A program made the position numbers and the translations under genes. The notes below the pieces were generated by a model, which saw only the letters and a program-made list of their open reading frames with translations, was not told the DNA's origin and did not search any database. From the human T2T-CHM13v2.0 reference genome, Homo sapiens, in assembly GCF_009914755.1 (NCBI RefSeq), contig NC_060925.1: DNA of 64,000 nucleotides, one strand, 5' to 3'. Positions 1 through 21,030 of this stretch are shown piece by piece (positions within the stretch are counted from its first letter, which is position 1; each line of letters begins with the position of its first letter).

Positions 1-595
1 TCACTAAAGCTTATTCCTCCTGAATAAAACTTTGTACCATTTGATCAACATCTCCTCTTGCCCCATCCACTCCCCAACCCAGCCTCAGGTAAACACCATT
101 TCACTCTCTACTTCTATGAGTTCAACTTTTTTAGATTCTACATGTAAGTTAGATTACGTGGTGTTTGTCTTTCTGTGCCTGGTTTATTTCACTTAGCATA
201 ATGTCCTCCAGGTTCATCCATGTTGTTGCAAATAACAGAATTTTTTTCTGTCTTAAGACTGAATAGTATTCCATTGTGCATATATACCACGTTTATCCTT
301 TCATCCAATGATGGACACCTAGGTTGCTTCCCTATTTTAGCTATTGTGAATAATGCTGTAGTGAACATGGACATGCAGATACCTCTTCAGCACACTGATT
401 TCAATTCCTTTAGATGTATAACCAGACGTGGGACTGCTATATCATATGGTAATTCTATTTTTAGTTTTCTGAGAAAGTGCCATACTGTTTTCCATAATGG
501 CTGTTTATTTTGCATTCCTAACAAGGTACACAAGGGCTCCCTTTCTCCACATCCTTGCCAACATTTGTTATCTTTTGTCTTTTTGATAATAGCAA
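1..595 (-). mobile_element. Old L1 (L1MA/L1MB-type) ORF2 C-terminus/3'UTR fragment
   Basis: ORF 189..374(-) MFTTALFTIAKIGKQPRCPS matches the L1 ORF2 C-terminal motif (cf. MFIAALFTIAKTWNQPKCPS at 17840); typical L1M 3'UTR sequence toward position 1. Confidence 0.85.
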
Positions 596-789
596 ATAAA
601 TTTTTTTAAAAAAAGATTTTACAAACAAGTATGATAGAAAGTATTTTAAAATCTACACCTAAGAAATATAATTGGAATATTACTTATATAAGTGGGAGGG
701 GGTACAAAAAAAGAGGATAAAACTTAAAAGCAGTTGGCACCGCTGGTTTTGCTTCAAGCAGTATTCTAAGAGAACACCTGAATACTAAA

Positions 790-1250
790 ATGTCAAGTAT
801 AACACATCCTCCCAAAAACCCATAACCACAGTCTGATCATGAGAAAAACATCAGACAAATTCCAATAGAAGATCATAGAGTATATCTGACCAATATTCCT
901 CAAAACTGTTAAGGTGAAAACAAAAAACAAAAAACAAAAAAAAAACCTCATAAGGTCATCAAAAACAAAGTCTTCAGAAACTTAGGAAGAAACGACAACT
1001 AAATGTAATATATCTTGGAACACAAAAAGAACATTGGGTAAAAACTAAGAAAATCTGAATAAACTATGGTCTTTAGTTAATAATAATGTGTCAATATTGG
1101 TTCATTAACTGTAACAAATGTACTGTACTAATGTAAGATGTTAACAACAGGGAAAAATGACAGTTGGAAGGGGTGGTTAGAATATGGGAACAGTATACTA
1201 TCCTGCTGAAATTTGTTGTAAATCTAAAACTTTTAAAAAAGAATGTCTAT
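790..1250 (+). mobile_element. Old L1M (L1MC-like) 3'UTR fragment
   Basis: Recognised motifs such as cataaccacagtctgatcatgagaaaaacatcagacaaattcc and ttggttcattaactgtaacaaatgtac. Confidence 0.55.
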
Positions 1251-1369
1251 TAATTTTCAAAAATATTGTAAATATGCTGAAGAGACATGAACATATTTTA
1301 GAAAACTAAACACTGACAATTCAGAAAAGTCTTCAGAATTAACTCCGAAAGTTCAGAAACACATTAAAA

Positions 1370-4935
<3,566 letters not shown>

Positions 4936-4949
4936 AATATGAAGAGTAG

Positions 4950-6910
4950 AAAGTACATATAAGAGCCAAGGTGGAGTAACAGGAATTGGGTTTGCCTTCC
5001 TCCCTGAAAACTCAAGAAATCAGAAAACATATGAAACAATAGTTTTCATATATTAGACATTAGGCAACCCCTGATGGTGAACCCTGAAAGGGAAACAAGG
5101 TGAGCAAACTTACTGCCTGGAGAAAGTACAGATCCCTGCCCAAGGAAAAGAGTATCTATGCAGAATCTGGTGGTAATCCTTGAGTTGAGGAGACTGAACT
5201 AAAAGCCTAAAGAAGTCATGAGGGCAGAGTACTGAAGAGAAGATAATTCCACAAAGAACGCCCTCAAGTATCTAGCTACATAATGATTAGAGCAACTCTG
5301 TGTGGAAACTATCCAAGCAAGGAAGAGTCACCCAAAAGGATGAAAGGGAATTGCCCTAGTCTTACACAGCACCAGAAATAGTACCTGTTCTCTTAAGAGT
5401 GGAAAATCTCCTGATTCACGTTAACACCAGACAAAAAGGAGTCTTGCCTCAGTGGGAAAACAAAGTAATCCTGAACTATATGCTGTTAAAGAGACAGACC
5501 CCCAAAAAGGAACGTGGTGGAGAAGAACTACAAAGTGGCACCAGGAGAACTTTTGCGGGTGATGAATATATTCATCATCCTGTTTGTGGCCTCCTGAGTA
5601 TATATATGTGTCAAAATTTTTCTCACTGTATACTTTAAATATGTGTACTTTATTACATGTCAATTATGCCTCAATAAACCTGCTTTTAACACCTTCAATA
5701 ATAAAACAACCCAATTACAAAATAGGCAGAAAATTTGAAGCAGCACTTCGGCAACAATACATGAATGACAAGCATATCAAAAGATGCTCAGTATCATTTG
5801 TTACTGGGAAACTGCAAATTAAAGGCACAAAGAGTTATCACTACACAGCTATAAGAATGGCTAAATTAGTAAGACCAACCATACCAAGTGTTGGTGAACA
5901 AGTGGAGGAACTAAAACTTTCATACATTCATATGAGAAGATAAAATGGTACAACCACTTTGTAAAAGTTTCACCGTTTCTTAAAATGTCAAACATACACC
6001 TACTACAGGATCCAGTCATGGAGTGGAAACTCCTAGGTATTTGTCCAAACAAATGAAAGCATATGTCCATACAATGATGTATTAGTCCATTCTCACACTG
6101 CTATAAAGAACTACCTGAGACTGGGTAATTTATGAAGAAAAGAGGTTTAACTGACTCACAGTTCCGCAGGCTGTACAGAAAGCACGGCTGGGAAAGGCCT
6201 CAAGAAACCTGCAATCATGGCAGAAGACAAAGGGGAAGCAAGCGCATCTTACCATGGTGGAGCAGGAGAATAAGAGTGAAGGGGGGGAAGTGCTACACAC
6301 TTTTAAACAACCAGATCTCGTGAAGACTCACTCACTACCACAACAACAGCAAGGTGGAAATCTGTCCCCATGATCCAATCACCTCTCTCCAGGTCCCTTC
6401 TCCAACATTGGGAATTACAATTCAACATGAGATTTGGTAGGGACACAGAGCCAAACCATGTCAAACGATTTGTATGCAAATGTCCATACCATCCTTATTT
6501 GTAATATTGAAACACTAGCGGAAAAATGTCCACCAACAGGTGAATCCTCACATTAAACACCTGCAACAGAATATGTAGGACTGAACTAATGATATATGCA
6601 ACATGAATGAATCTCAAAAAAAATACGTTGAGTTAAAAAAAAACTCCAAACAAAAAGAGTACATACTGCATGTGTTGATTTATGTAAAATTCCAGAATAT
6701 GCATAGCACCTTATAAATGACCTAAAGCAGATCATTCACTGTCTGGGCAAACAGGAAGAATACCAACAGGCATAAGGAAACTTTTTGAAACTAAAGGGTA
6801 TGTTGCTTATCTTGAATGATTTCATAGGTATATACAGACGTCAAATCTGTTCAAATTGTTTACTTTAAGTGTGATTTTTTAATATGTCAATTATACTTCA
6901 ATAAATCTGT
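4950..6910 (+). mobile_element. Mosaic of old L1M fragments (5' region, ORF2 end and L1ME-like 3'UTRs), interrupted by THE1D
   Basis: KHIKRCSVSFVTGKLQIK...YHYTAIRMAK in ORF 5584..5943; L1ME-like ends tgtcaattatgcctcaataaa (~5660) and tgtcaattatacttcaataaa (~6890). Confidence 0.65.
6078..6463 (-). mobile_element. Solo MaLR LTR, THE1D-like
   Basis: TG...CA termini; minus strand begins tgacatggtttggctctgtgtccc; 5-bp TSD aatga (6073-6077) / aacga (6464-6468). Confidence 0.9.
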
Positions 6911-7329
6911 TAAAAATTCACAGTATACAAAGAACAAATAGAAAAAAGTCAAATCTCGAAGTTAGAATAATAAATGTACACCCAAAAAAAATCATTTATA
7001 ACCAAAAAAAAAAAAAGATATAAATGAATCACCTTTGAACAACTGCTAATTTACCAACATCTACCTACAACTGGTAATTCAGTGTATAAACAATGCTTCC
7101 AAAATCTCATCAGACCTGATGTATGAAACAAATATAGCAAAGAGTAATCTGGACTACTGGACAGATTGATATACAAAATTTGTACCTGCCCCAATTTCTA
7201 TATGCAAACAATTCTTACTGAAATATGAGTTCAGAATTAAACATTGAAAATTAATCTAATTTTACCAACTGAAACAAAAAGCCTGATTGTGAATAGCCCA
7301 ATTCTGTTTCACCTCGTTATCCATGTATT

Positions 7330-8150
7330 TGGCAAGGAAATTTTGTAGTTTCTCTCATCAAGAGGTGGTCCGCCAGGTGCAGTGGCTCATGCCTGTAATC
7401 CCAGCACTTTGGGAGGTCAAGGCAGGAGGATCACTTGAAGCCAGAAGTTCAAGCAGCCTGAGCAACACAAGGAGACTCTGCCTCTACAAAAATACAAAAA
7501 TTAGCCAGGTGTGGTGGTGCATGTCTGTGGTCCTAGCTACTCAAGAGGCCAAGGCAGGAGGATTGCATGAGCCCAGGAGTTTGAGGTTACAGTGAGCTCT
7601 GACTGTGCCACTGCATTCCAGCCTGGTCAACAGAGCAAGACCCTGTCTCTTAAAAAATAAAAAGAAAAAAGAAGTAGCATCCTCTCCCTGATCTCTTAAA
7701 TCTGGGATTGACCTTATAAGAAACACCAGTGGAATCCAGCAGATTTCAGTTTGCCAGTTTTGAGCTTAGGCTTCAAGAGACATTGTATACTTCTGCTCTT
7801 TCCTTCAAAACCTTGCCACCACCATGATAACAAGCCAACTCTCATCTGCTTCAGAATGGGAGGGTATCCCAGACGTCACAGCACATCCTAGACCAAACTA
7901 CAGCCAGCTCAATATAGGCCATCCTAGATCAACCTTATGGCCAGTCAATGCCCAAATATATCAGAGAACCCAGCCAAGAGAAGCAGAGCCACCTTCCTGA
8001 CCTGCTGCTAAATGCAGATTCATAAATGAGCCCAGTCAAGACCAGAAACGCCACCTGGCTGACTCACAGACTTGTTCTAATCAAAATGTTTATTGATTTA
8101 AATCACCAAGTTTCAAAGTAATTTGTTACACAATAATTAGCTAACTGACA
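7330..8150 (+). mobile_element. MLT1-family (MLT1E/F/G-like) LTR interrupted by an Alu
   Basis: ctcatcaagaggtgg...cttaaatctggg across the Alu; MLT1-type 3' end taatttgttacacaataattagctaactgaca. Confidence 0.6.
7372..7670 (+). mobile_element. Alu (AluJ-like)
   Basis: Dimeric Alu with A-rich linker and tail. Confidence 0.92.
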
Positions 8151-8999
8151 GAGCAACTCTATCTTAACAATACCATAATAAGTTTTTCTTAGCCCTAGGA
8201 GTTATTTTATATTGACATTTGATTTAGGTCTCTTAACTTTTGAAGACAAGGGGGGAAAAAGGAACAAATCTATTTCATTCTTTTATTAGCAGTAACTCTA
8301 CAAGACATTCTGTCACAAAATTTTTCAAACTCAGAGACACATAAACTGACCAAAATCATTTTGTAAGTAATGTCACCATTCAATTATAATTTTTTTGTGA
8401 AATATTGTTCCTAGACAACTTTACTGGATCCAGCAATACAAGGAAATTTTTCAGGACACTCCAAAATCTATAAAAACTGTTATAGAGCAATCTTCTATTT
8501 CTAATATTGCCTCTATTTTTACTAATAGTAACCTTAATTTCCAGATAGGGACACATTCTTACTCAACTATTACAGTGGCCCCAATCCTAGGCACCTGAAT
8601 GGAAGGATAAACAAGTGACTCTCAGGCTGATCAGATTACCCTGTTCTCCTAGCACAGTAATTTGTTCATGGATGGGACTAAATGGGAGATGTAGAATGCT
8701 TCTTAGTACATTTGCAAAAACTATTGGGAAAGTGTCACTTGAATCCTCAGTGGAAACAGTTATGAGAACGATGTAGGTTAGAGCAGCCAGTGGCTATCTT
8801 TGCCACACTTCATGGAGAGAACATGTTCAGGGATGAAATTACTATGGAAGAAATCCAAGCCAAAAATAAAGACATCATCCTATAGATACCATATGCACTC
8901 ATCGATCCTTCAATCCCTAAAATTTAATTAAAGTAATCACAGAATGCTAGAGACCCCACAAGCACACAAAAATTATCTCTGGATAAAGACAGTATCACT

Positions 9000-10440
9000 G
9001 TAGGGCTCTGTATTCAGGCCTGAGAAAACAGCTAGAAATTTAAATGGGAAAAACATGGCAGTCAGAGAACCAGAGGGGTGAAACAAAAATTCTAGGTATA
9101 AACTTTGCCCAAATAATTGGATGACTGATAAACCAGTAGGCACAGAGAAGACCTGAAGGGATTGAGGAAAAAGTAGGCAGAAACTAGAAAGAATGATGCT
9201 ACACTTGAAAATAGCACTGTATTACTGAATCTGTTGCCTTTCAACAGAGTGCATTCCCCAACTATGCAGTGTAGGCAGCAGGAAGCTGCAGCTCTACAAG
9301 GTTGAAGTACTAGTGAAGGTTAGAAGCTCTGTAGAACAGCTGGAAATTAGTAAAATTCCGAGAAGCAAGAAAACCACAGGGCAAAATTGGACTACAATCT
9401 CCACAAATCTCTGGGTAACAACCAACTTACTCAGACACTGGGAGACCCCCAACAAGCCAAGCCAAAAAAGCAGCAATGGAAAGCTAGAAGAAAACAGAGA
9501 TGGCCGTGGCTGCATACATCAGGGGAGACCAAGTTTGCAGTCTGGGCCCAGGTAAGTTAACTATCTACCTTAAAAAAAAGACCTGCAACTCTAAGAACAT
9601 TAACTGAATCATTCATTAAAACATACCATAATGTGCAGTTTCAGGCAAAAAATACATGATATGCAAAGAAAGAGGAAAATGTGACCCAGACTCAGGAAAA
9701 AAGAAAAGTAAATCAACAGATACTGATTCTGAGTCTACCTGAATTAATTCAAAGCAGTTATTCTAAGTATGTTATGAAAATTAAAAGAAATTATGTTCAA
9801 ACAATTGACAGAAACTTAAAAAAAAGAAAAAGCTGAAAAATACAATAACTACAATAAAAAATTCCTCAGATGAGTCAACAGAAGATTAGAGATAGCAGAA
9901 GAAAGAATTGGTGAGTTTGAAGACAGGGAAATAAAACTGTCTAATCCAAAGAACAGAAAGTAAAATAACTAAAGAAAAATAAACATATCCTAAGAGACCA
10001 GTAGGACACTATTAGGCAGTCCAACATATATGTAAGTCCCAAAAAGAAAGGAATGAGATGAGCATAAAAAATTTTTTGTTGAAGAAATAATGGCCAAAAC
10101 ATTTCAAATTCAGTAGAAAATGTTGACTTAACAAATCCAAGAATCTCAACAAACCCAAGCAGAATATACACAAAGAGCCACATATGCATATATATCATAG
10201 TCAAGCTGGTGAAAGCCAAAGAGAAACCTTGACAGCAGCCAAAGAAAAATGACTGGTTACATATCAAAAACAACAATACTGTTAATGGTTGACCTATCAG
10301 AAAAAATGGAGATACTGAAACAACATCTTCTATATCCAATGATATTATCCTTCAAAAATGAGGTGAAAAAAAGTTATTTTCAGAAAACAAAAATTGGGTT
10401 TGTGGCCAGCAGATAAACAACAAGAGTTTTAAAAGGGGAA
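9000..10440 (+). mobile_element. Old L1M 5'/ORF1-region fragment
   Basis: ORF1-like degenerate sequence (gagatagcagaagaaagaattggtgagtttgaagacagg; gaagaaataatggccaaaacatttcaaatt). Confidence 0.7.
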
Positions 10441-10469
10441 GGAAAGTAGTAACAACACTAAATCAAAAA

Positions 10470-10622
10470 CATGACATCAGAGGCTCAGAGCCCTCATCAG
10501 AACCTGACCATGTTGGCACTCTGATCTCAGACTTCCAATCTCCAGAACTGTGAGAAATAAATTTCTGTTGTTTGTAAGCCACCCAGTCTATAGTACTTGT
10601 TACAGTAGCCCAAACTAAGACA
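10470..10622 (+). mobile_element. MLT1A/B-type LTR 3' fragment
   Basis: tccagaactgtgagaaataaatttctgttgtttgtaagccacccagtcta...aactaagaca. Confidence 0.75.
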
Positions 10623-11107
10623 CAGACACATAAATACTGCACACATTCTTTCCAAAGACACACAAAACATTTATAAAACCTGGCAATACATATATTAAAA
10701 GGTACTCAGTCACATTTGGAATCAGGGAAATGCAAAATAAAAATCACTACGAGATAACCCTACATACCCTCTAGAATAACAGAAAATATTTGCCAACTAT
10801 ATACTTAACAAAAGACTCATATCTAAAATAATTTAAAACTCCCAAAACTCAACAGTAGGATATAAGCAAAAATTTCAAAATAAGAACCTTCGAAAATCAT
10901 CTCCTCCATAAACCCAGCAAGATCACTGGCAAAAACTGTGAAAATCAACATTCTGTGAACTCTGGAAACTAGCCAAAGGCTTGGAGCAATCTAGGAAGAG
11001 TGATAGATGGCTGAATCTTATTTGGGAAGACCAGCACACTTTAAGGCATCTTATCTTGCCCTATTCCCATTCTCCCCCACAGTAGCTTTGAAAATTAGCA
11101 GCCTGGG

Positions 11108-11424
<317 letters not shown>

Positions 11425-12385
11425 CTAGGAAAGACAGAAGAGGTTTGGAGCTCTTTTAGTACCTCATTCCCAGAGAACTGTCATTATTTAACACATCTGG
11501 TGGTCTCCTGGAAGGCTCTACTCGCAAAGCTATCTTAATTTGACCTGACTCAGCACTTACCTAGTATAAAAAGCTTCCCCCAATACCCTAGGACAACCAA
11601 AGGACATTTGTCAAAAACAATCAGAGGTAATTGTTTCATATTGCAGCTGGCTGAGGGAGAGAAGAACAGCTGAGGCAAACAATAGACTAAAAGCTTTAAA
11701 AAGAAAAGCTGGGGGCTTTGTAAAGCTCCAACATATTCCTGAGACTCTAGAGAGCCACATGTACAGAAAGGGCTGTATACACGCCCAGGAAAGACCTAAG
11801 TGCTCACCTCTGGCTAAACCTGAGGCTCTACACAAGCAGGAAGTAAAAAGTAAGGCAGAGTTGTAAACTGCCTGGTTAAGTGTTGAAGGAGCATCCCAAC
11901 ACACACATAACTTCAACAAAAAGATTTATTGCTCCCAGGCATTTAATGAAATCTCTGTCCAATCATTAGCTGACCACTAAGCCAACTGAGCAGAGATTTC
12001 AGTGCCCATATGTGACAAAGAATATAGATTTCATAGAATTAGTTTCAAAAAAAAAATCACTAAAATAACAAACAACGCTGGGGCAGAGAGGAGAATCTGA
12101 TTATCAGAGTTGTGACATTATTTTAAATGTGCAGTATTCAACAAAAAATTACAAGATATTAAAAAAAAAAGGGGAGGGGGGCGGTTCCAAGATGGCCAAA
12201 AAGGAACAGCTCCAGTCTACAGCTCCCAGTGTGAGCGATGCAGAACACAGGTGATTTCTGCGTTTCCAATTGAGGTACCGGGTTCATCTCACTGGGGAGT
12301 GGTGGACAGTGGGTGCAGCCCACCAAGCATGAGCCAAAGCAGGGCGAGGCATCGCCTCACCCGGGAAGTGCAAGGGGTCAGGGAA

Positions 12386-12619
12386 TTAATTCCCTTTCCA
12401 AGCAAAGGGAAGCTGTGACAGACGGCATCTGGAAAATTGGGTCACTCCCACCATAATACTGCGCTTTTCCAATGGTCTTAGCAAACGGCACACCAGGAGA
12501 TTATATCCCTCGCGTGGCTTGGAGGGTCCCACGCCCATGGAGCCTCGCTCATTGCTAGCACAGCAGTCTGAGATCGAACTGCAAGGCAGCAGCGAGGCTG
12601 GGGGAGGGGTGCCCACCAT
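12386..12619 (-). CDS. L1 ORF0 (antisense 5'UTR ORF), 77 aa, open; translation unproven
   Basis: MVGTPPPASLLPCSSISDCCASNERGSMGVGPS... closely resembles primate ORF0 (MAGAPPPASLPPCSLISDCCASNQRDSVGVGPS); gcaATGG Kozak context; TAA at 12386-12388. Confidence 0.6.
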   Translation of the reverse strand: MVGTPPPASLLPCSSISDCCASNERGSMGVGPSKPREGYNLLVCRLLRPLEKRSIMVGVTQFSRCRLSQLPFAWKGN

Positions 12620-13197
12620 TGCTGAGGCTTGAGTAGGTAAACAAAGCGGCCAGGAAGCTCGAACTGGGGGGAGCCCACCACAGCTCAAGGAGGCCTGCCT
12701 GCCTCTGTAGACTCCACCTCTTGGGGCAGGGCACAGCCGAACAAAAGGCAGCAGAAACCTCCACAGACTTAAATGCCCTTGTCTGACAGCTTTGAAGCGA
12801 GTAGTGGTTCTCCCAGGACGGAGTCTGAGATCTGAGAATGGAGAGACTGCCTCCTCAAGTGGGTCCCTGATCCCTGAGTAGCCTAACTGGGAGGCACCCA
12901 CCACTAGGGGCAGACTGACACCTCACACAGCCAGGTACCCCTCTGAGACAAAGCTTCCAGAGAATGATCAGGCAGCAACATTTGCTGTTCAGCAATATTT
13001 GCTGCTCTGCAGCCTCCGCTGCTGATACCCAGGCAAACAGGGTCTGGAGTGGACCTCCAGCAAACTCCCAACAGACCTGCAGCTGAGGGTCCTCACTGTT
13101 AGAAGGAAAACTAACAAACAGAAAGGACATCCACGCCAAAACCCCATCTCTACGTCATCTACATCATCAAGGACCAAAGGTAGATAAAACCACAAAG

Positions 13198-14202
13198 ATG
13201 GGGAAAGAACAGAGCAGAAAAGCTGAAAATTCTAAAAATCAGAGCGCCTCTCCCCCTCCAAAGGAACGCAGCTCCTCGCCAGCAACAGAACAAAGCTGGA
13301 CAGAGAATGACTTTGACGAGTTGAGAGAAGAAGGCTTCAGACAATCAAACTTCTCTGAGCTAAAGGAGGAAGTTCAAACCCATTGCAAAGAAGCTAAAAA
13401 CCTTGAAAAAAGACTAGACAAATGGCTAACAGAATAACCAGTGTAGAGAAGTCCTTACATGACCTGATGGAGCTGAAAACCATGGCACGAGAACTACGTG
13501 ATGAATGCACAAGCTTCAGTAGCCGATCTGATCAACTGGAAGAAAGGGTATCAGTGACTGAAGATCAAATGAATGAAATGAAATGAGAAGTTTAGAGAAA
13601 AAAGAGTAAAAAGAAGTGAACAAAGCCTTCAGGAAATATGGGACTATGTGAAAAGACCAAATCTACGCCTGATTGGTGTACCTTAAAGTGACAAGAAGAA
13701 TGAAACCAAGTAGGAAAACACTCTGCAGGATATTATCCAGGAGAACTTTCCCAACCTAGCAAGGCAGGCCAACATTCAAATTCAGGAAATACAGAGAACA
13801 CCACAAAGATACTCCTCAAGAAGAGCAACTCCAAGACACATAATTGTCAGATTCACCAAAGTTGAAATGAAGGAAAAATGTTAAGGGCAGCCAGACAGAA
13901 AGGTCAGGTTACCCACAAAGGAAAGCCCAACAGACTAACAGTGGATCTCTCGGCAGAAACTCTACAAGCCAGAAGAGAGTGGTGGCAAATATTCAACATT
14001 CTTAACAAAAAGAATTTTCAACCCAGAATTTCATAGCCAGCCAAACTAAGCTTCATAAGTGAAGGAGAAATAAAATCCTTTACAGAGAAGCAAATGCTGA
14101 GAGATTTGTCACCACCAGGCCTGTCAACAGCTCCTGAAGGAAGCACTAAACATGGAAAGGAACATCCGGTACCAGCCACTGCAAAAACATGCCCAATTGT
14201 AA
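13198..14202 (+). pseudogene. L1 ORF1p, disrupted
   Basis: MGKEQSRKAENSKNQSASPPPKERSSSPATEQSW...; premature stop at 13435-13437 and further lesions; native end ...catgcccaattgtaa. Confidence 0.93.
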
Positions 14203-14265
14203 AGACCATCGATGCAAGGAAGAAACTGCATCAACTAATGAGCAAAATAACCAGCTAACATCATA

Positions 14266-18082
<3,817 letters not shown>

Positions 18083-20863
18083 ACAATGAGAACACTTGGA
18101 CACAGGAAGGGGAATATCACACACTGGGGCCTGTCGTGGGGTGGGGGCCTGGGGGAGGGATAGCATTAGGAGATATACCTAATGCTAAATGATGAGTTAA
18201 TAGGTGCAGCACACCATCATGGCACACGTATACATATGTAACAAACCTGCACATTGTGCACATGTACCCTAGAACTTAAAGTATAATAATATCAAAAAAA
18301 AATACAAAGAAAAAAAGAAGGAAGTATGGTTCATACACATGGAGAGACAAGCAGTTCACAAAACTGTCCCTGAGGAAACCCAGACATAGGACTGACTAAA
18401 CAAGACAATGTTTTAAAATCAGCTACTTTAAGCATATTCAAATAACTAAAAGAAACCCATGTCTAAAAAACTAAAAGAAAGTATGAGAATATCAATAAAA
18501 GATAAAAAATTATGAGAAAAAAACAAATTGTAGAATTGAAAAGCACAATAACTAAAATGAACAATTTACTAGAAAAGTCAGCAAACCTGAAAATAGATCA
18601 ACTGAGATTATCCAGTCTGAGGAACAGAAAGAAAAACCAATTTTAAAAATCCATAGGGCCTAAGAAACCTGTGAGACAACATTAAACATCCCATTGTATA
18701 CCTAATAGGAGTTCTACAAAAGAGGGGAGATAAGAATGAGGCAGAAAGAGCATTTAAAGAAATGTGACTAAAAATTCCCCCAGTTTGATGAAAAGCATTA
18801 ACCTAAACATCCAAAAAAGCTCAAGGAACTACACAGAGGATAAACCCAGAGAGATCTACACCTTAGACACATCATCATAAAACTGCTGAAAAAGGAAGAG
18901 AGAATCCTAAAAGAAGCAAGAAAGAAGCAACTTGTCACAGACAAACAACTTTAGTAACATTAACAACTAATTTTTCATGAGAAACCATGGAGGCCGGATG
19001 GCAATGGTGTCAAAGTACTGAAAGAAAAAGACTCGACCATGAATTCTACAACTATTTTTCATAACAGAAGGAGAAATTAAGACATTTACAGATTTAAACA
19101 AATACTAAAGAGTGTCCCTCAGGCTGAAATGAAAGAACACTAGATAGCAATCTGAATCCATCTGAAGAAATAAGGAGCATGGTGAAGGTAACCACATAGG
19201 TAAATATAAAAGACAGTATAACTGTTTTCTCTTTGTAACTTTTTCTTCTCCTGTCTGATTTAAAAGGTATAAAAGGATGTATGTATGGCAATAACAGCAC
19301 GAAGGAAGGAGAGGGAATAGAGCTATATAGGAGCAAAATGTTTGTATATTATTAAAATTTACAGTATTAATTTCAACTAGACTAAAATTAAGTTGTTAAT
19401 TATAATTCCCAGGGCAACCACTACAAAAATGAACTAAAAGTATACAGTACAAAACAAGTGATTTAAGTGATACACTTGAAAATATCTATTTAACACAAAA
19501 GGCAGCACTACAGGACTAGAGGAATAACCACCCCAAAAAACAATGAGACACATAGAAAACAAAGAGCAAAATAGCAGATGTAAATTCCACTTTATTGGTA
19601 ATTATATTAAATGGAAATTAATCAGGCACTCCAAACAAAAAGCACATAGGCAGAAGGGGTAAAAAACATAATCCAACTATAACTGGCTACAAGAGACACA
19701 CTTGAGATTAAATAGATACAAATAAACTGAAAGTAAAAGATAAAAAAAGTTATACCATGCAGAAAGTAACCAAAAGAGAGTTGATGCAGCTATTCTCACA
19801 GCAGAAACAACAGACATTAAGACAAAAAATTGCTACTACAGAGAATGTTTTGTAACAATAAAAAGGTCAATCCATCAAAATTACATGCCACTTATAAACA
19901 TGTGTACACCTAATAAGAGAACCCCAAAATATATGAAGTAGAAACTGACAGAATTGAAAGGCAGAATATAATTCAAAAATAATAGTTAGAAACCTTAATA
20001 CTTCACATTCAGTAATGGATAGTATAGATAGAAGATCAAGGAAATAGAAGACTTGAACACTATAAACTCTACAGAATACTCCACCTAACGACAGCAGAGT
20101 AAGGAATGTTCTTTAGTATGTACTAGGTGTTAGGCCATCAGACAAGTGTCAATAAATTTTAAAGGAATAAAAATCATAGAGAGTACGTTCTCTGACCACA
20201 ATGGAATGAAACTAGAAATCAATACCAGAAGGAAATTGGTAAGTTAATATGTGGAAATTAAGCAACAAACATCTATGTAACCAGTAAGCCAAAGAAATTG
20301 CATTGCAAATCAGAAAGTATATTGAGAAAAATGAAAACAAAAACACAACATACTAAAACTTATGGGATGAAGTAAACGCAATGCTTACAGGGAAATTTAT
20401 AGCTATATATGACTACATTAAAAAAAATCTTAAATCCATAACCTAATTTTCTAAGAAATTAGAAAAAGACAAACTAAACTCAAAGCAGACAAAAGAAAAA
20501 ATTAAATAAAGAACACAGCAGAAATAGAGAACAGAAAAACAGTAGAGAAAAAAAAAATCAATCAACCCAAAAGTTGGTTCTTTGAAAAGAACAAAATTGA
20601 CAAACCTTTAGCTCAACTAAGAAAAGATTTAGATCACTACAGTGAGGAATGGAAAAGGAGTCATTACTACCAACCTTATATTAATAAAAAGGATTATAAA
20701 AGAACACTATGCAACTGTATGCCAACAAATTACATAGTGTAGATGAAATGGACAAATTCCTAGAAAAACCCAAACTGTTGAAACTGACTAAAGATGACAT
20801 AGGAAATCTGAATAGACCTAAAACAAGTAGAGAGAACTTCCCACAAAGAAAAGCCCAGGACCT

Positions 20864-21030
20864 AGCCAACCACGGCGGACAGCACCTGTAGTCCTAGCTA
20901 CTTCAGAGGCTGAGGCAGGAGGATAGATCATTTGAGCCCAGGAGTTCCAGGCTGCAGTGAGCCAAGACTGTGCCATTGCACTCCAGCCTGGGCAACAGAG
21001 CAAGACTCTGTCTCATAAAAACAAACAAAC
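20864..21030 (+). mobile_element. Alu right-arm monomer (FRAM/AluJ-like)
   Basis: cacctgtagtcctagctac...gcaacagagcaagactctgtctc plus (aaac)n tail. Confidence 0.85.
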
